Shown here one piece after another: positions 27,232 to 37,812 of a stretch of 58,794 bases of DNA (its first letter is position 1; every line of letters starts with the position of its first letter). The position numbers were made by a program, and so were the translations under genes. The notes beneath the pieces are model-generated. The model searched no databases, had not been told where the DNA came from, and saw nothing but the letters and a program-made list of their open reading frames with translations. The DNA comes from Clostridia bacterium (GTDB lineage Bacteria > Bacillota > Clostridia > Oscillospirales > QAMX01): the NCBI GenBank assembly GCA_017533425.1, contig JAFXIE010000104.1, forward strand, positions 1-58,794, written 5' to 3'.

Positions 27232-27996
27232 TCAGGGTTCCACCTGTCGCTGTGCACCGGTATGATCAATGTAATAATTCTCCCGGTAGAGCATCTCCTC
27301 CACCCCGACAAAGCGCAGTCCCCTCTCTGTGAGTATGCGCAGGATCTCCGGCAGAGCCTCGGGGGTATGTTTTGCTGCGTTATGGAAAAGAATGATGGAG
27401 CCGGAGCTTGCCTTTCCCGTCACCCGGCGAACAATTTCCCCCGCCGAGAGATCCTTCCAGTCCAGCGAATCAACATCCCATTGGATGACCTCGTATCCGC
27501 CGTCCCGCAGGGTGCGGATAACGCTGTCGTTGTATTCGCCGTAGGGAACGCGCAGAAGCCGCGGGCGGATACCGGTGATGGCCTCGATCTTGTCACTGGC
27601 GGCATTTGCCTCCCGCAGAACTTCTTCGCCTGTAAGCTTTGCCATGTGGGGATGGGTGTCGGAATGGTTCATCACCGCGTGTCCTGCATCATGAAGCATT
27701 TTCACCGCCTCGGGATACTTTTTCACCCAGTCGCCCACGACGAAGAATGTTGCCTTCGCCTGATATTTTGCCAGCTCATCGATGATCTGCTGCGTATCCT
27801 CCGCGCCCCAGGCGGCATCAAAGGTCAGCGCGACGGTATTGTCGTCTCTCTCCACTCTGTAGATGGGGATTTCCTTTTTTGCGGCGCTGACCGCCTTCTC
27901 CCCCACCCCGAGAATGGCGCCGGAGATAAATACTGCGCACACAACCGCGAGAACTCCGGCGATGATGAGATGCCGTTTGGATAGTACCATATGCAT
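27232..27996 (-). CDS. Polysaccharide deacetylase (NodB homology domain; PdaA/PdaB-like)
   Basis: 254 aa with an N-terminal TM anchor. TFDAAWG (TFDDG-like) and MNHSDTHPH (HSxxH) motifs. Confidence 0.8.
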   Translation of the reverse strand: MHMVLSKRHLIIAGVLAVVCAVFISGAILGVGEKAVSAAKKEIPIYRVERDDNTVALTFDAAWGAEDTQQIIDELAKYQAKATFFVVGDWVKKYPEAVKMLHDAGHAVMNHSDTHPHMAKLTGEEVLREANAASDKIEAITGIRPRLLRVPYGEYNDSVIRTLRDGGYEVIQWDVDSLDWKDLSAGEIVRRVTGKASSGSIILFHNAAKHTPEALPEILRILTERGLRFVGVEEMLYRENYYIDHTGAQRQVEP

Positions 27997-28032
27997 TTTG
28001 CTCCCTTCGCTTTTTTTACCATATTATGAAGG

Positions 28033-28068
28033 GATGAAAATAAAAATGCCGCCCCGAAGGACGGCATT
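28033..28068 (-). terminator. Intrinsic terminator after the kinase-like gene
   Basis: On the minus strand, ATGCCGTCC-ttcg-GGGCGGCAT is followed by TTTTTATTTTC. Confidence 0.6.
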
Positions 28069-28080
28069 CTGCTATATAAT

Positions 28081-29145
28081 TCAAAGTCCCTTGTACGCTT
28101 CCAGCGGCAGATAGGGCGAAAGTGCGATTCTTGCCACATCCAGCCCACCGGAATAATCTACCACACCGCCGCGAAGCACATCCGGTGCATCCTTCATGCG
28201 GCGGAGACGGACAGTAACACAGTTTCCTTTTCCTCCGCCGGAATGCATGACGCGGCCGCTATAATTTGCGGCGATGGCCGCCGCCAGCGGCAGATCGTGA
28301 GATACGCGCTCACCCGCCGGGGCCAGCGGATCGGAATGCAGGGCGGTGGAAGCCCCGGCATCAAATTCGCCGTCATCCGATACGGATAAATCCAGGTAAT
28401 CCTTCTGGGGGGTGAGGCGGATATGAATCTCCTTCAGACCGCGATGGCTGAGGGCATTTGCAATGAGCGCATAGAAAAGATGCTCAAACTGATACTCATC
28501 CAGGGCAAATACGCACTCCCCATCGGTGTAGGTCAGATGCACATCCACAGAAAGGCTCTCCAGGAGGGTAGCGCATTTTTCGGCATATTCCGACACATAG
28601 GATAAAACATTGAGGTTCACAGGCTTTGTATACTCGCAGCCCATGCGAAGGCGGGCAATGGTGCCGAGATCTCCCGCCGTGCGGAGCACGCGGTAAAATC
28701 CCTGATACACGGCGGAAAGGCTTACGCTTGCATCGGTTTTGTCCTTTACAGGGATGTATCTGGACAGACCGCCGAGGCCAAGCATGGCAATGGAAAGGGC
28801 AGATCGGATGGTTGCATCCACGGAATTGACGATCTCCGCCGCGGCACCGTATACAACATCCTGCGCAGGAATGCGAAGAATGCGGCAGGTGCCCTGCGCC
28901 GTGACATGGCAGGTGACAAAGCGCGCGCAGAGAATGCCCTCTAAAATCTCGGTCTCCCCATCCGCAACGCGGAGGATATCATCGCAAAGCTCACCGAGAT
29001 CGGCACAGGAAAGCCCCTCGAAGCTTTTCGCAAAATAGTCGCAGGCGGCAGGATTTGCATAGATAACCGCCCGGTCATCCAGCGCGATCACCGGTATGGA
29101 ATTGTCATCAAAGAGGCCGCAAAGCAGTTTTCTCATCATCATCAA
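28081..29145 (-). CDS. Cytoplasmic histidine-kinase-like protein with no recognisable phospho-acceptor His
   Basis: 354 aa. N-terminal PAS-like segment (IPVIALDDRAVIYANPAACDYF) and N-box-like ALIANALSH. G1-like SDDGEF and a degenerate G2. The DHp position reads NSVDATIRSAL, with no His. Confidence 0.55.
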   Translation of the reverse strand: MMMMRKLLCGLFDDNSIPVIALDDRAVIYANPAACDYFAKSFEGLSCADLGELCDDILRVADGETEILEGILCARFVTCHVTAQGTCRILRIPAQDVVYGAAAEIVNSVDATIRSALSIAMLGLGGLSRYIPVKDKTDASVSLSAVYQGFYRVLRTAGDLGTIARLRMGCEYTKPVNLNVLSYVSEYAEKCATLLESLSVDVHLTYTDGECVFALDEYQFEHLFYALIANALSHRGLKEIHIRLTPQKDYLDLSVSDDGEFDAGASTALHSDPLAPAGERVSHDLPLAAAIAANYSGRVMHSGGGKGNCVTVRLRRMKDAPDVLRGGVVDYSGGLDVARIALSPYLPLEAYKGL

Positions 29146-29163
29146 ACCCTTGCTAATAAATGC

Positions 29164-29526
29164 GTGAGCCGGCCTGTAAGCCGGGTTCTGTCTTGAACAG
29201 TCATCTATCTGGGACGAACATTGCTGCTCGCCTCAAGCCACCCTATGGAGACGCGCCGGGCAAGCGCCTCAGGCTCGCAAAAAGCGGCCCGTAGTCCCGC
29301 TATGGTGTTGCTCCGAATAGAGTTTACATGGCCGACCGGTCTCCCGGCCGCCGGTGAGCTCTTACCTCGCCTTTCCACCCTTACCGCAGAAGATTCTGCG
29401 GCGGTATATCTCTGTTGCACTGGTCCTGAAGTCGCCTTCGGCGGGCGTTACCCGTTATTCTTGCCCTGTGGAGCCCGGACTTTCCTCACGGTATTTCTGC
29501 CGCGCGACTGTCCGGCCGACTCACGC
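29164..29526 (-). ncRNA. rnpB: RNase P RNA (bacterial type A)
   Basis: The minus strand contains the universal GAGGAAAGTCCGGGCTCCACAGGGCA and the 3' ACAGAACCCGGCTTACAGGCCGGCTCAC. P1 forms between GTGAGTCGGCC (5') and GGCCGGCTCAC (3'). No credible ORF in the region. Confidence 0.9.
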
Positions 29527-29533
29527 ACCCATA

Positions 29534-29561
29534 ATTATACCATAATTTGCAAAAAGAGCAA
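29534..29561 (-). promoter_or_regulatory. Promoter for rnpB
   Basis: The minus strand reads TTGCTC, a 16-nt spacer, then TGgTATAAT, ending about 7 nt before the predicted P1 5' end. Confidence 0.5.
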
Positions 29562-29578
29562 GGCCTTCCTTTTTATAA

Positions 29579-31546
29579 TCAGCGAAATACCTCTCCCCTG
29601 CGGTAGGAATTCCACACATTTTCAAACCAGTTGTCCTCCTGCGGTACAGGTCTAACCGGGCGGGAGAAACACTCGGTTTCCATGGTATCGGGATTCAGTC
29701 GGTAGAGCCGCACAACATCCCTTCCGCCGCCATCCAGGCGGTAGCGGAAAACCTCCGGCAGCTTCTCATGGGCAAGATGGCCGGCGGGATCCTCCACAAG
29801 ATAGGATCCACGGCTGCCAAATCCTGCGGAAATGTGATCGATCACCGCCGAGAGATAAACCACCTGGCAGGTCAGAATATCCCGCAGACGGAAGGCATCC
29901 GCAAGGCGGCCTGCGCCGTCGGAGAGGAGGCTGCCCGTCGAGAGTTTGGAAAGCATATCTTCCGCAAGCTGCTTTGCTGCCAGGGCTTCATCCTTGGCGC
30001 GAATGTGCGCGCCGGCGCGGGTCATGGCTGATGCGGCGGTTTCCCGGGCAGAAGCACAGGTGACCTTGCCGGAATTTCGCTGCGCCTCGATAAAGGCGCA
30101 AATTTCGCCGAGGGCGGAGGAAATTTGCTGCGCTATTTCCTCCTGCGCCGGGGCTTCTGCGCCGTTGTAGGCGATATGCTGCGCCGCACGGAGGGCGCCG
30201 ACCTGAGTTGCGTTGAGGGCGCTGCCGCCGGGGCGGTAAAGGCCGAAATTTCCGCATACCTCCCCCACGGGATAGAAACCGGATAGATCGGATTGCCAGT
30301 TCGCATCGGCATAGAGGCCGCCGTTGTTATGCTGGGCGCAGACGGCGATCTGCAGCGGCTCCCGGGAAAGATCGATGCCGTGATCCATGTAGAGATCTAT
30401 GGCGGCGGGGTTCATCCTGCGCAGGCGGTCGATGGGTCTCCCCTCCAGCGCTCCGCTGCGGGTAAGATAATCTCTGCATTCCGGCGAGAGAAGCTCCGGG
30501 ATGAGCCCGTCACCATCCGAAAGGCATTCGGGATTCTCGCGAAAATCGAGAAAAACCTCCCGACCGCGCAGCACAGTTTCGTTATAGACCAGAATATCAA
30601 TGAGGGATGAGCCGTAATTTTCGATTTTGCGCACGTCAAAGGGCCATTGATAGCCCTTGAGGAAGACGGCGCCGGAGAGGCTTTGCGCATCCGGAAACCA
30701 GTCCTGCAAAAATTCACGCTCGTCACTTCCGTCGGCATTTCGGGAGATATAGCGGGGCAAAACCTGCTGATAGGTGCCCGAAAGATTCCAGCGGAAGGAT
30801 GTGCTCGCAATGCCGTACTGGCTTTCGCAGAGGTTTGCGCCGCAGATTCCGGCGCGAAGGGCAACTCCCGTGGCGCCCGTCTGGGATTCGGGATAAACCG
30901 AGGCGGAATACATGCCCGCAGGTCCGCCGGTGGCAAAAATAATGCTTCCGGCAAGGAGGATGACAGGTGAATTTTTCTCTGTATCCAGACAGATCAGGCC
31001 AAGCGCGCGGGAATGGTCTCGAATGACAGCCACCGCGAGCATCCCATCCAGTACGGGGATCTTTTTCCGGGCGCAGGAGGCCTCCAGCGCCTCTGTCATA
31101 TACTTTGAAGTCAGCGGTCCGCAGGAAGATGCCCGCGAACGGGGATCGTGGTCGGTCTTATAGCCCACATATTCGCCAAAGCGGTTGTGGGGAAAGGGAA
31201 CGCCGAGATCGCACAGCCGGTAAAAGCAGCGGGCAGAGAGTGACGCCTCACAAAGGGCAGTATCCCCGTCCCGGCCGCCGCCCTCAAAGAGGGATTGCGC
31301 CATCTCCGCCACGCTGTCGGGCGCATCGCCCGAGAGGGTGAGCTTATAGTAGGTCTGCTTATCGGAGCCGGTATTGCGGCTGGTACCCATGCGGATGCCC
31401 TCGGTGACGATGGCAATATCCGTCACACCGAGATCAAAGAGGTTGTCCGCCGCGGCATACCCGGCGGCACCGGTGCCGACAACCACAGCCTTGTAGGACA
31501 AAACCGGGTAATTCTTACCCGAATATGCAAAGCTTTTCATCATCAC
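29579..31546 (-). CDS. FAD-binding flavoprotein, fumarate reductase/succinate dehydrogenase/L-aspartate oxidase superfamily
   Basis: 655 aa. N-terminal [13 protein letters not shown] fold. HNNGGL and [18 protein letters not shown] segments typical of this superfamily. 4-nt overlap with the upstream SDR gene. Confidence 0.7.
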   Translation of the reverse strand: MMMKSFAYSGKNYPVLSYKAVVVGTGAAGYAAADNLFDLGVTDIAIVTEGIRMGTSRNTGSDKQTYYKLTLSGDAPDSVAEMAQSLFEGGGRDGDTALCEASLSARCFYRLCDLGVPFPHNRFGEYVGYKTDHDPRSRASSCGPLTSKYMTEALEASCARKKIPVLDGMLAVAVIRDHSRALGLICLDTEKNSPVILLAGSIIFATGGPAGMYSASVYPESQTGATGVALRAGICGANLCESQYGIASTSFRWNLSGTYQQVLPRYISRNADGSDEREFLQDWFPDAQSLSGAVFLKGYQWPFDVRKIENYGSSLIDILVYNETVLRGREVFLDFRENPECLSDGDGLIPELLSPECRDYLTRSGALEGRPIDRLRRMNPAAIDLYMDHGIDLSREPLQIAVCAQHNNGGLYADANWQSDLSGFYPVGEVCGNFGLYRPGGSALNATQVGALRAAQHIAYNGAEAPAQEEIAQQISSALGEICAFIEAQRNSGKVTCASARETAASAMTRAGAHIRAKDEALAAKQLAEDMLSKLSTGSLLSDGAGRLADAFRLRDILTCQVVYLSAVIDHISAGFGSRGSYLVEDPAGHLAHEKLPEVFRYRLDGGGRDVVRLYRLNPDTMETECFSRPVRPVPQEDNWFENVWNSYRRGEVFR

Positions 31547-32316
31547 AGCCTGCGCAGGTGGAAGCCGCCGTCAATATTGAAGACCTCCCCCGTGGAGAAG
31601 GGAAATGCGCCTTCTGCAATGGCGCGCACCGCCCGGCCGATATCCTCCGGAGTTCCCCAGCGACGGATGGGGGTAACGCCGTCGGCGATGAGCCGGTCAT
31701 ATTTTTCCATAACGCCGGAGGTCATATCCGTGGCAATAATTCCCGGACGGATTTCGTAAACGCAGATTCCGTATTCGGCGAGCCGGTCGGCAAAAAGTGC
31801 CGTCGTCATGGAAATGCCGGCCTTGGAGATGCAGTATTCTCCGCGGTTTGTGGAGGATGTGTAGGCGGACATGGAGCTGATGTTCACAATGCGGGGCGTA
31901 TAGCCTGCAATGTTCTTATCCAGGCAGGAGATCATCAGGTTTGCCGCGAGCTGGCACATAAAGAAGGTTCCGCGCAGATTGATGCCCAGCACCCGGTCAA
32001 AGCTCTCCTCCGTGGTCGTGAGAATATCCCGGCGCTCGGTGGGCGCAACGCCCGCATTGTTAACAAGGAGATCGAGGCGGCCGTAGCGCTCGGAAATCAT
32101 TGCAAAGAGTGCCTCGCGGTCGGCTGCCTCTCCGATATTTGCGGGAATATAATCCGCGCCGGGGCCAAGGGAGCGCACCGCGGCAAGGGCATCCTCCGCG
32201 GCGGGACGGGTAGCGGAGAGAATGACGAAAAAGCCTGCACTCGCAAGCTCCTTTGCGATTCCAAGCCCGATGCCGCGGCTGGCGCCGGTCACCAGAGCAA
32301 CAGGGGTTTCAAACAT
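31543..32316 (-). CDS. Short-chain dehydrogenase/reductase (3-oxoacyl-ACP-reductase-like)
   Basis: The ORF track extends to 32583. ATG 32316 ([17 protein letters not shown]) follows the RBS AAGGAGA. Catalytic YCISKAG (YxxxK). Confidence 0.85.
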   Translation of the reverse strand: MFETPVALVTGASRGIGLGIAKELASAGFFVILSATRPAAEDALAAVRSLGPGADYIPANIGEAADREALFAMISERYGRLDLLVNNAGVAPTERRDILTTTEESFDRVLGINLRGTFFMCQLAANLMISCLDKNIAGYTPRIVNISSMSAYTSSTNRGEYCISKAGISMTTALFADRLAEYGICVYEIRPGIIATDMTSGVMEKYDRLIADGVTPIRRWGTPEDIGRAVRAIAEGAFPFSTGEVFNIDGGFHLRRL

Positions 32317-32329
32317 CGTGTGGTTCTCC

Positions 32330-33667
32330 TTACTTTGCAACGTATTTTTTATACATGGGGATAAAGCGGGCACCGTCGCGCACAACGCAGCCGGTGAAAT
32401 TGCCAAGGCGCATGATATCGGAGCATTTTCCGCAGGCGATGCAGACCTTTTTGGGATCCATTTCACCCTTTTCGCAGATATCCCGGGCGAAATCGGGATA
32501 TGCAAAGGCCTGGCGGCCAAAGCCGGCCACGGTGCAGAGTCCGTCGCGCAGGGCGCCGGCTGCAGCATTGGCGCCAAATTCACGAAGCCAGGAATAGCCC
32601 GTGCCGACGATGGGAAGCTCAGGGAATTCCTTTGCGATCTCGCCGATGCCGCAAATCATGCGGGATACGCCGGCAAGCTGGCTTTCCTCCGGCACATAAA
32701 GGCCGGAATCGAAGGGACGGTTGACATGGGAATTGTAATAGGGCGTTCCCATGGTGATGTTCAGAAGATCCAGCCCCGCGTTGCAAAGATCGCGGATGAG
32801 AGCCTTGGGCTCGGTAAGGTCATATTTGGTATAGTCCTCCCGGTCGGTGCCAAAGCCATAGGGATAGGGAATTCCGTCATAGACATTCAGGCGGGAGCAG
32901 ACCAGCAGCTCCTCGCCGTATTTTTCCCGGACACCGGCAACGCATTCCCGAACCATGCGGGTGCGGTTCTCAAAGCTTCCGCCGTATCTGCCCTCGCGCT
33001 CGAAGGCAGAGCAGAGCTCGGAGGTGATGTAGCGGTGGCAGCATTTGATATCCACGCCGTCAAAGCCTGCCTCCAGGGCCATACCGGCGGCATCGATGAT
33101 GGCGTTGCGGATCTCGTCGAGATGCTCATCGGTCACCACTGGATGATCCGGGGAAATATCCAGCTTGCGGTTTAAGTACGGATTGTGGTAGGAAATGATG
33201 GGGTCGTGCTGATCGACGGCATAGGGACGGGCAAAACGGCCGGAATGGGTCAGCTGGGCAATGATGAGGGGGCGGTGCTCCTCCCCGAAGGTCTCCCGCG
33301 CCCAGGCGCGGATGTCATCATTGAGGCGCTTGAACTCGGCAATATTTTCCTTATGGATCCACAGCTGCAGGGGATTTGCACGCCCCTCCTCCATCACGGC
33401 CACGGCCTCAAACCAGATGAGGCCTGCACCGCCGCGGGCAAAGCGCTCATATCTGCGGCGGGTATGCTCCGAAGGGGAGCCGTCGGGGCAGCCGTCGGCA
33501 CCTTCCATGGGATGATAGGCCAGGCGGTTGGGAAGCCTGCGGCCGCGGATGAAGAGCGGCGCCTTCAGATTTTCGCAGTCCTCCGAAAGGGGGATGGAAA
33601 GCCCCTCGGCGGCAAAGGCTTCCTGCAGCTCGGACAGGGATTTATAATGAAATTTCTCAAAAGGCAT
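32330..33667 (-). CDS. Old Yellow Enzyme-family NADH:flavin oxidoreductase with a C-terminal 4Fe-4S motif
   Basis: 445 aa TIM-barrel flavoenzyme (AQLTHSGR) ending in [19 protein letters not shown] (C-x2-C-x2-C-x11-C). It lacks the C-terminal FAD/NAD(P)H domain of the roughly 650-aa relatives. Confidence 0.75.
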   Translation of the reverse strand: MPFEKFHYKSLSELQEAFAAEGLSIPLSEDCENLKAPLFIRGRRLPNRLAYHPMEGADGCPDGSPSEHTRRRYERFARGGAGLIWFEAVAVMEEGRANPLQLWIHKENIAEFKRLNDDIRAWARETFGEEHRPLIIAQLTHSGRFARPYAVDQHDPIISYHNPYLNRKLDISPDHPVVTDEHLDEIRNAIIDAAGMALEAGFDGVDIKCCHRYITSELCSAFEREGRYGGSFENRTRMVRECVAGVREKYGEELLVCSRLNVYDGIPYPYGFGTDREDYTKYDLTEPKALIRDLCNAGLDLLNITMGTPYYNSHVNRPFDSGLYVPEESQLAGVSRMICGIGEIAKEFPELPIVGTGYSWLREFGANAAAGALRDGLCTVAGFGRQAFAYPDFARDICEKGEMDPKKVCIACGKCSDIMRLGNFTGCVVRDGARFIPMYKKYVAK

Positions 33668-33816
33668 GGCATGTCTCTCCTGTGAAAGTTGTTCTTTCTC
33701 CTATTTTACTAAAGAATGCCGCGGATTGCAATAAATCTTTGAAATTTCTGATGCGCATCTCCGCATCCTGTGCTATAATGGGTCTTGATATGACTTCTTC
33801 GTCGGAGGTTTGTACC

Positions 33817-36609
33817 ATGAACTATTTATCCAAGCTGCAGGAGCTGAATCTGCGCCGCGGGGAAAGCGCTTATTCCGAGCGCATTGTCTCCGAGCTCATC
33901 TATCTGGATGCCATTTCCAAGGCCGATGGCGGGATGTGGAATTCCGTGATCGAATCGGCCGCGGATTACCTTCTTTCCCGGATTGAACAGGACGGCGTCA
34001 TCTGTAAGGATGCCGTGTCGGAGGCTGAGTCCCTGCTCTCCCCCATGCGGGATGTTGCCCGGCGCTACAATCTGCTCTTTGTTTCCCATGCCCATATCGA
34101 TATGAACTGGATGTGGGGCTATAACGAGACCGCAGCAGTCACCGTGGATACCTTCCGCACCATCCTCGATCTGATGGCGGAATACCCCGAATTCACCTTC
34201 GCCCAGTCCCAGGCCTCCACCTATGAGATCATTGAAAAATATGCACCCGAAATGCTTCCGGAGATACGGCAGCGCATTGCCGAGGGTCGCTGGGAGGTTA
34301 CGGCTTCCGAATGGGTGGAGCCGGATAAAAACATGCCCGACGGCGAATCCCTGACGCGGCAGATCCTGCAGACCAAGCGGTATCTCTCAAAGCTTCTTGA
34401 GATTCCGGAGGCGTCCATGGATCTCTGCTTTGTGCCCGACACCTTTGGCCACAATGCAAACGTGCCGGAAATCCTCGCCGGCGCCGGAATCCGTTATTTC
34501 TACCACTGCAGAGGCTATGAGACCCCCTGTATTTACCGCTTTGCCGCTCCCTCCGGCGCAAGCGTGCTGACCAGCCGGGAATATTCCTGGTACAATGCCG
34601 ATATCACCCCGGAAAAGTTCGAAATCGTCCCCACCTTCTGTAAGGACTACGGGCTGGATACCATGCTCGCCGTTTACGGCGTCGGAGACCACGGCGGCGG
34701 CCCCACCCGCAGGGATATTGAGCGCATTCTGAAATATGCCGCCTGGCCCTATACGCCGAAGATCCGCTTTGGCACCTTCCGGGAATACTTCCGCGCCGTG
34801 GAGGCGCAGTGCAGGGAGCGTCCCTGCCTTGCGCATGAGCTGAATTTTGTCTTCACCGGCTACTATACCACCCAGTCCCGCATCAAAATGGCCAACCGCA
34901 TCGGCGAGGCACGCCTCAACGAGTGCGAGGCGCTGATGGCCATGGACAATATTCTGGCCGGCGGCAAAAATTCTCCCCGCCGCCTGGACGGTGCATGGCA
35001 GAAGCTCATCTTCAACCATTTCCACGACATACTTCCCGGCTCCGGCACCATCGAGACCCGGGAATTTGCCCTCGGCCGCTTCCAGGAGCTCATGGCCGAT
35101 GTCAGCACCGCCTCCACCGCCGCGATCCGCCATCTGATGTCCCGCATCGATACCACCTCCATCCCCTTTGACGGCGACGGCGAGGATCGGTCGGAGGGCG
35201 CCGGTGTCGGCTATTTCCAGGATCAGAAAAACAGCTTCCGTCTTCCTTCCGCCGAGCGCGGACGCGGCAAGGTGCGTGCGCTTCTTCTCGCAAATCCCAC
35301 CCCCTGGCCGCGGGATGAATATTCCGAAATCGTCATCTGGGACTATCCGCTGCCCCTTTCGGAATGCGAAATTCGCGATGGGGAGGGAAATTCGCTTCCC
35401 TTTGCCGAGGTTGGCCGCGGCAGCTCCTATTGGGGACATAAATACCATCGGATCCTCCTGCGTGCCCCTCTCTCCCCCTACGGCTATACTACCGTTGTGC
35501 TTTCCCCGAAGAATGCCGACGGCCATATGAGCGTCAATCTCTTCACGGCAGAGCATGCCGATCACGATGTCAACGACAACCCCATCATCCTGGAGAACGG
35601 GCTCATCCGGGCGGAGCTTGATCCCGAGACCATGGAGATCCGCGAGCTCATCGATCGGCGCAGCGGCGAGAATCTTATCACTGCTCCCACCGGCTGGTTC
35701 CGCCTTGCGGAGGAAAACCCCGTCTATAACATGACCAGTTGGCGCGTCGGCCCCATCATGAAGTCTGAAAACCTCAACCGCACCCATGCCGTCCGCCGCG
35801 GTCGTATTACAAAATGCGAGCATTATACCGCCGTGGATTACACCATTGAATTTGAAGCCTCCACCCTCTTCTGCACGGTGCAGCTCAACGAAGGCAGCTC
35901 CGTTCTCGAATTTTCCGCCCGGGTGGACTGGAAGGAATGCGGCGAAAAGGGAAAGCGCATCCCGCAGCTCGCCTTTATGCTGCCCGGCGTCGCAGGGGCT
36001 GCCGGCAAGGCGATGTATGCCATTCCCTACGGCCGCCTCATCCGCCCGGAGATTGCCCACGACGTGCCCTCCATCGGCATGCTCGGCGTGATTCGCGAAG
36101 GCAGCGAGCGTACCCTCGGTCTTCTCTGCGACACCAAATACGGCTTCCGCATGCATGAAGGTACCGCCTCCGTCACCCTCATCCGTTCCGCCTGTGATCC
36201 CGATCCCTACCCCGAGCGGGATATTCACAACATTCGCATCGGCATCGCCCTCTGCGGACTAAAGGAGCTGAAATCGGTTTCCGACCGATTCAATCACCCC
36301 ATTGCCTACGCATCCTTTACCCGCGCAAACGAAGGCCGGCTGCCCCTTTCCGGCAGCGCAGTCACCGTTTCCGGCGCCGAGGTCAGCTGCCTGAAGTGCG
36401 CTGAGGATGAAAGCGGCATCACCCTTCGCCTCTGCGAGACCGAAGGAAAGACAGCATCCGCCACCATTACCCTCTGCCGGGAGATCGCCGCGGTACACCG
36501 CACCGACGATCTGGAAAACGAGCGGGAGGAAATCTCCTTTACCGGCAACAGCTTCACCGCCAAGCTCTCTCCCCAAAGTGTTGAGACCTTCCGCATCCGC
36601 ACAAAATAA
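33817..36609 (+). CDS. GH38 alpha-mannosidase
   Basis: Start ATG 33817 after GGAGGT (the ORF track starts at 33682). SHAHIDMNWMW metal site, FVPDTFGH. 930 aa. Confidence 0.9.
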   Translation: MNYLSKLQELNLRRGESAYSERIVSELIYLDAISKADGGMWNSVIESAADYLLSRIEQDGVICKDAVSEAESLLSPMRDVARRYNLLFVSHAHIDMNWMWGYNETAAVTVDTFRTILDLMAEYPEFTFAQSQASTYEIIEKYAPEMLPEIRQRIAEGRWEVTASEWVEPDKNMPDGESLTRQILQTKRYLSKLLEIPEASMDLCFVPDTFGHNANVPEILAGAGIRYFYHCRGYETPCIYRFAAPSGASVLTSREYSWYNADITPEKFEIVPTFCKDYGLDTMLAVYGVGDHGGGPTRRDIERILKYAAWPYTPKIRFGTFREYFRAVEAQCRERPCLAHELNFVFTGYYTTQSRIKMANRIGEARLNECEALMAMDNILAGGKNSPRRLDGAWQKLIFNHFHDILPGSGTIETREFALGRFQELMADVSTASTAAIRHLMSRIDTTSIPFDGDGEDRSEGAGVGYFQDQKNSFRLPSAERGRGKVRALLLANPTPWPRDEYSEIVIWDYPLPLSECEIRDGEGNSLPFAEVGRGSSYWGHKYHRILLRAPLSPYGYTTVVLSPKNADGHMSVNLFTAEHADHDVNDNPIILENGLIRAELDPETMEIRELIDRRSGENLITAPTGWFRLAEENPVYNMTSWRVGPIMKSENLNRTHAVRRGRITKCEHYTAVDYTIEFEASTLFCTVQLNEGSSVLEFSARVDWKECGEKGKRIPQLAFMLPGVAGAAGKAMYAIPYGRLIRPEIAHDVPSIGMLGVIREGSERTLGLLCDTKYGFRMHEGTASVTLIRSACDPDPYPERDIHNIRIGIALCGLKELKSVSDRFNHPIAYASFTRANEGRLPLSGSAVTVSGAEVSCLKCAEDESGITLRLCETEGKTASATITLCREIAAVHRTDDLENEREEISFTGNSFTAKLSPQSVETFRIRTK

Positions 36610-36622
36610 ATCGTATACGCAC

Positions 36623-36654
36623 AAAGGCGTGGGATGAAAATCCCACGCCTTTTG
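36623..36654. terminator. Bidirectional intrinsic terminator
   Basis: AAAGGCGTGGGA-tgaaaa-TCCCACGCCTTTT, between convergent genes. Confidence 0.8.
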
Positions 36655-36655
36655 C

Positions 36656-37687
36656 TTATGCTGCGGCCTTCAGCATATTTCCGATGAAGATTCCGTATCC
36701 CCGCGTGGGGTCATTGACCAGCACGTGGGTTACAGCGCCGATGATCCGTCCGTCCTGGATAATGGGCGAGCCGGACATTCCCTGAACGATTCCTCCTGTC
36801 TCGGACAGAAGATCTTTATCCGTGATGCGGATTTCGAAATCTCGCATATCCCCATCCGTCAGATTTCGCACCGCGGTGATCTCCACCGCGAAGCTTCGGG
36901 CGTTATTGCCCTTCGTGCAGGAAATGATCTCCGCAGGTCCCTTGTGAGGCTCCTCATCCGTAGCCACATCCATCAGCGCACCGCCCGAAAAGGGGGCAGT
37001 GTCCGTGACATAGCCGAAGATTCCGGACTCACAGTTGCGATAGAGGCTTGCCCGCGCATCCGTACCGAAATTGGTGCCGATGAGCTCGCCGGGATCACCG
37101 ATCTTTCCCCTGTCAGCCCCCGCAACGGTGATATCCACCAGGGAGCCGGAGGAAATTTCGAAGATCTCGCCGCTGTCTCGGTCGCAGATCGGATGGCCAA
37201 GTCCGGCAACCAGCCCCGTTTCCGGGTCATAAAAGGTTACCGTGCCGAGGCCTGCCGTGCTGTCACGCATCATGGCACCGATTCGCATCACACCCTCTGT
37301 CATCACAGGTTTTACGGTGATTTCGCGAGTCTTTCCGTCACGCCGCAGGCTAAGCAATACGCTTTCCCCGCCGCTGTTCAGCGCACTACGCAATTCCGAA
37401 TAGGAATTGAGTCTGACGCCGTCCGCTGCGAGGATGACATCCCCAACCCGCAGACCGGCGGATTTTGCCGGACATACACGCTTACCGGAATCGGACAGAT
37501 CCTGGAAGCCGGTTACGATCACGCCATCGGAAAAGAGCCGGATACCGCAGCATATTCCGCCGCAGATAAGCCTTTCGGGCGCATAATCTGCGGGGATTCC
37601 CCCATCTGTGCCCGCCGCCGATACAGGCAGGCAAATTACCGACAGAATGAGGGTCAGGAGTAATATCCGTTTTGCATTTTGCTTCAT
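36656..37687 (-). CDS. spoIVB: SpoIVB peptidase (S55)
   Basis: Likely start ATG 37687 (MKQNAKRILLL..., a signal/TM segment). PDZ-like GLRVGDVILAADGVRLNS and the serine-protease motif GMSGSPIIQDGRIIGAVTHV. Confidence 0.85.
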   Translation of the reverse strand: MKQNAKRILLLTLILSVICLPVSAAGTDGGIPADYAPERLICGGICCGIRLFSDGVIVTGFQDLSDSGKRVCPAKSAGLRVGDVILAADGVRLNSYSELRSALNSGGESVLLSLRRDGKTREITVKPVMTEGVMRIGAMMRDSTAGLGTVTFYDPETGLVAGLGHPICDRDSGEIFEISSGSLVDITVAGADRGKIGDPGELIGTNFGTDARASLYRNCESGIFGYVTDTAPFSGGALMDVATDEEPHKGPAEIISCTKGNNARSFAVEITAVRNLTDGDMRDFEIRITDKDLLSETGGIVQGMSGSPIIQDGRIIGAVTHVLVNDPTRGYGIFIGNMLKAAA

Positions 37688-37812
37688 GGCATCACTCCTC
37701 GCCGGCATCTGATTCATGTCCCTGCCGACGAGGACAGTATGCGCACTATCCTCGCCGGTAAACAAGGAAAATTCATGCATTCATAATTCATCCGGCAACG
37801 CGGAAAAACTAT

